From Dysosmobacter segnis (GTDB taxonomy: Bacteria; Bacillota; Clostridia; Lachnospirales; Lachnospiraceae): a stretch of DNA of 36,233 nt. Each line of letters begins with the position of its first letter. The first letter of the stretch is position 1. Shown here one piece after another: positions 34,936 to 36,233 of the stretch. The position numbers and the translations under genes were made by a program. The stretch spans positions 1-36,233 of the forward strand of contig CAVELT010000065.1 in the NCBI GenBank assembly GCA_963616545.1, written 5' to 3'. The notes under the pieces were generated by a model, which was given only the letters and a program-made list of their open reading frames with translations, had not been told where the DNA came from and did no database searches.

Positions 34936-36233
34936 CTACATGGTAAACAGCCGTTCAATATCCGGGCTGGCGATGATGTCCACACAGCAGCGCTCCGACG
35001 GCGAGGTGATCAGGAATGCCCGGCCGCGGCCGTTGTTGACGATGTCCTGCTGCTCGCTGTCGTTGATGGCACCGGACTTCTCATACAGCTTCACCAGATC
35101 GTGCATATCGTTGGGCGCCAGCGGGAAAATGAAGCTGTACTGGGACGCATTGATGATGGCGGTGGACTTCCGGGCGATCTCCTCGGTGCCCACGAAGTCA
35201 CGGATATTCTGCGTGATGACGATCTGCATACCGTTGTACTTACGGATACGCTTGGCCAGCTGGAACATGAAGTCGAGCGCGATGGGATACTTATCGTCAA
35301 TGAAGACGTGGGCCTCATCGATGACAATGATGATCTTTCGATTCTCACTGTACTTCATGTTGTAATCCCGGTTCTTGATGATCTCGTTGTCGAGCCACTT
35401 CAGCACCAGCAGCATCTGCGCGTTGGCGATGGTGTTGTTTTTGTTGGCCAGGAGCGACTGGAAGTTGAAGACGATGAAGTTCTCCTGGGTGGAAATGCTG
35501 GCGGGGCCGTTCCAGAGCTGGGCGTTTCGTCCGCCGGTGGCAAATTTCGATACGTAGTTGATCAGTACGCGGAGCAGGTTCTTGCTGTACTCTCCGTTGG
35601 TGAGCTGGAAGTCGTTCAGCAGCTTGTCGTAGAGATCGTCAAAGGTCGGGAAATCCTCCGGCTTCAGTGCGCCGATGTCGGTTTCCGCATCAATACCCTT
35701 TTCCTCGTACATACGTACCGTAATATTATTAAGGTACTCCAGAGCATCCGACTCAATGCCTGGCAGAATCTGGCGGTAGAATTCCTCCAGGAACTGCAGA
35801 TGGGTATTGAAGCTGGTACGGCCCTCCTCTTCGCCCTCCTCATCCGTCAGATTCGTGATGATGTGGAAGGGATTCAGCCGTCCCTGGGTAGCAGAGCCCA
35901 CATCGATGATCTTGCCGTTGAAGTTCTCTGCCATCTTCGTGTACTCGTTCTCCGGGTCCAGAATGAAGATCTTGCTGTTTTCCGCCGCGAGGTGCGTCAG
36001 CATGGTCTTGGTCGCGTAGGACTTACCGGAACCGGACTTGCCGACGATGACCATGTTGCTGTTGACACGCTCGCTGGTACGCATGAAGAAATTCACAAAG
36101 GCCGGAACACCGCCGGAATTGCCGATGTAAATGCCGCCCTTGTCCAGCAAATGCTTATAAACATAGGGGAACACCGCGGCCACAGAGCTGGAGTGGATGG
36201 ACTGCTCCTCCGACTCCAGGGCATCCTTGGCGG
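34936..36233 (-). CDS. virB4: VirB4-like type IV secretion ATPase; 5'-partial
   Basis: AAVFPY...NSNMVIVGKSGSGKS (Walker A), ILDPENEY, LNPF, PTFDDLY, IVIDEAH (Walker B), KRIRKYNG...ITQN; the frame is open to the right edge. Confidence 0.9.
   Translation of the reverse strand, partial: AKDALESEEQSIHSSSVAAVFPYVYKHLLDKGGIYIGNSGGVPAFVNFFMRTSERVNSNMVIVGKSGSGKSYATKTMLTHLAAENSKIFILDPENEYTKMAENFNGKIIDVGSATQGRLNPFHIITNLTDEEGEEEGRTSFNTHLQFLEEFYRQILPGIESDALEYLNNITVRMYEEKGIDAETDIGALKPEDFPTFDDLYDKLLNDFQLTNGEYSKNLLRVLINYVSKFATGGRNAQLWNGPASISTQENFIVFNFQSLLANKNNTIANAQMLLVLKWLDNEIIKNRDYNMKYSENRKIIIVIDEAHVFIDDKYPIALDFMFQLAKRIRKYNGMQIVITQNIRDFVGTEEIARKSTAIINASQYSFIFPLAPNDMHDLVKLYEKSGAINDSEQQDIVNNGRGRAFLITSPSERCCVDIIASPDIERLFTM

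Noticed and set aside
32398..36233. Calling the virB4 region an ICE (mobile element)
   Set aside because: No integrase, relaxase or att repeat is visible in the window; this cannot be excluded because the locus is cut by the window edge.

Overview
A GC-rich Firmicute chromosomal region whose gene content suggests Lachnospiraceae. Every credible gene is on the minus strand. From left to right: (1) the rimP-nusA-ylxR-ylxQ-infB-rbfA-nrnA operon, ending in an in-frame truB-ribF fusion that runs off the left edge, with a C-terminally truncated RimP; (2) a SARP/BTAD regulator, pyrG with a 163-bp palindromic miniature element in its 5' leader, and a DJ-1 protein; (3) an SLH protein plus MacAB-type ABC operon; (4) a GltD-linked (group A2-type) [FeFe]-hydrogenase pair and a 3D-domain protein; (5) an accessory block at 21.7-36.2 kb. 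That block holds a VirB4-like ATPase, a VirB2/TrbC-like pilin, envelope proteins and an orphan histidine kinase, followed by three orphan genes without signal peptides. Each orphan has its own copy of an identically spaced promoter (TGTGTC-N5-TGTGTC-N11-TARVAT) and a basic C-terminal tail, and two share a membrane-hairpin domain. The best candidate for an undescribed system is a chromosomal T4SS-like protein secretion apparatus with a co-regulated set of putative substrates. All family calls come from reading motifs by eye; no database search was run.
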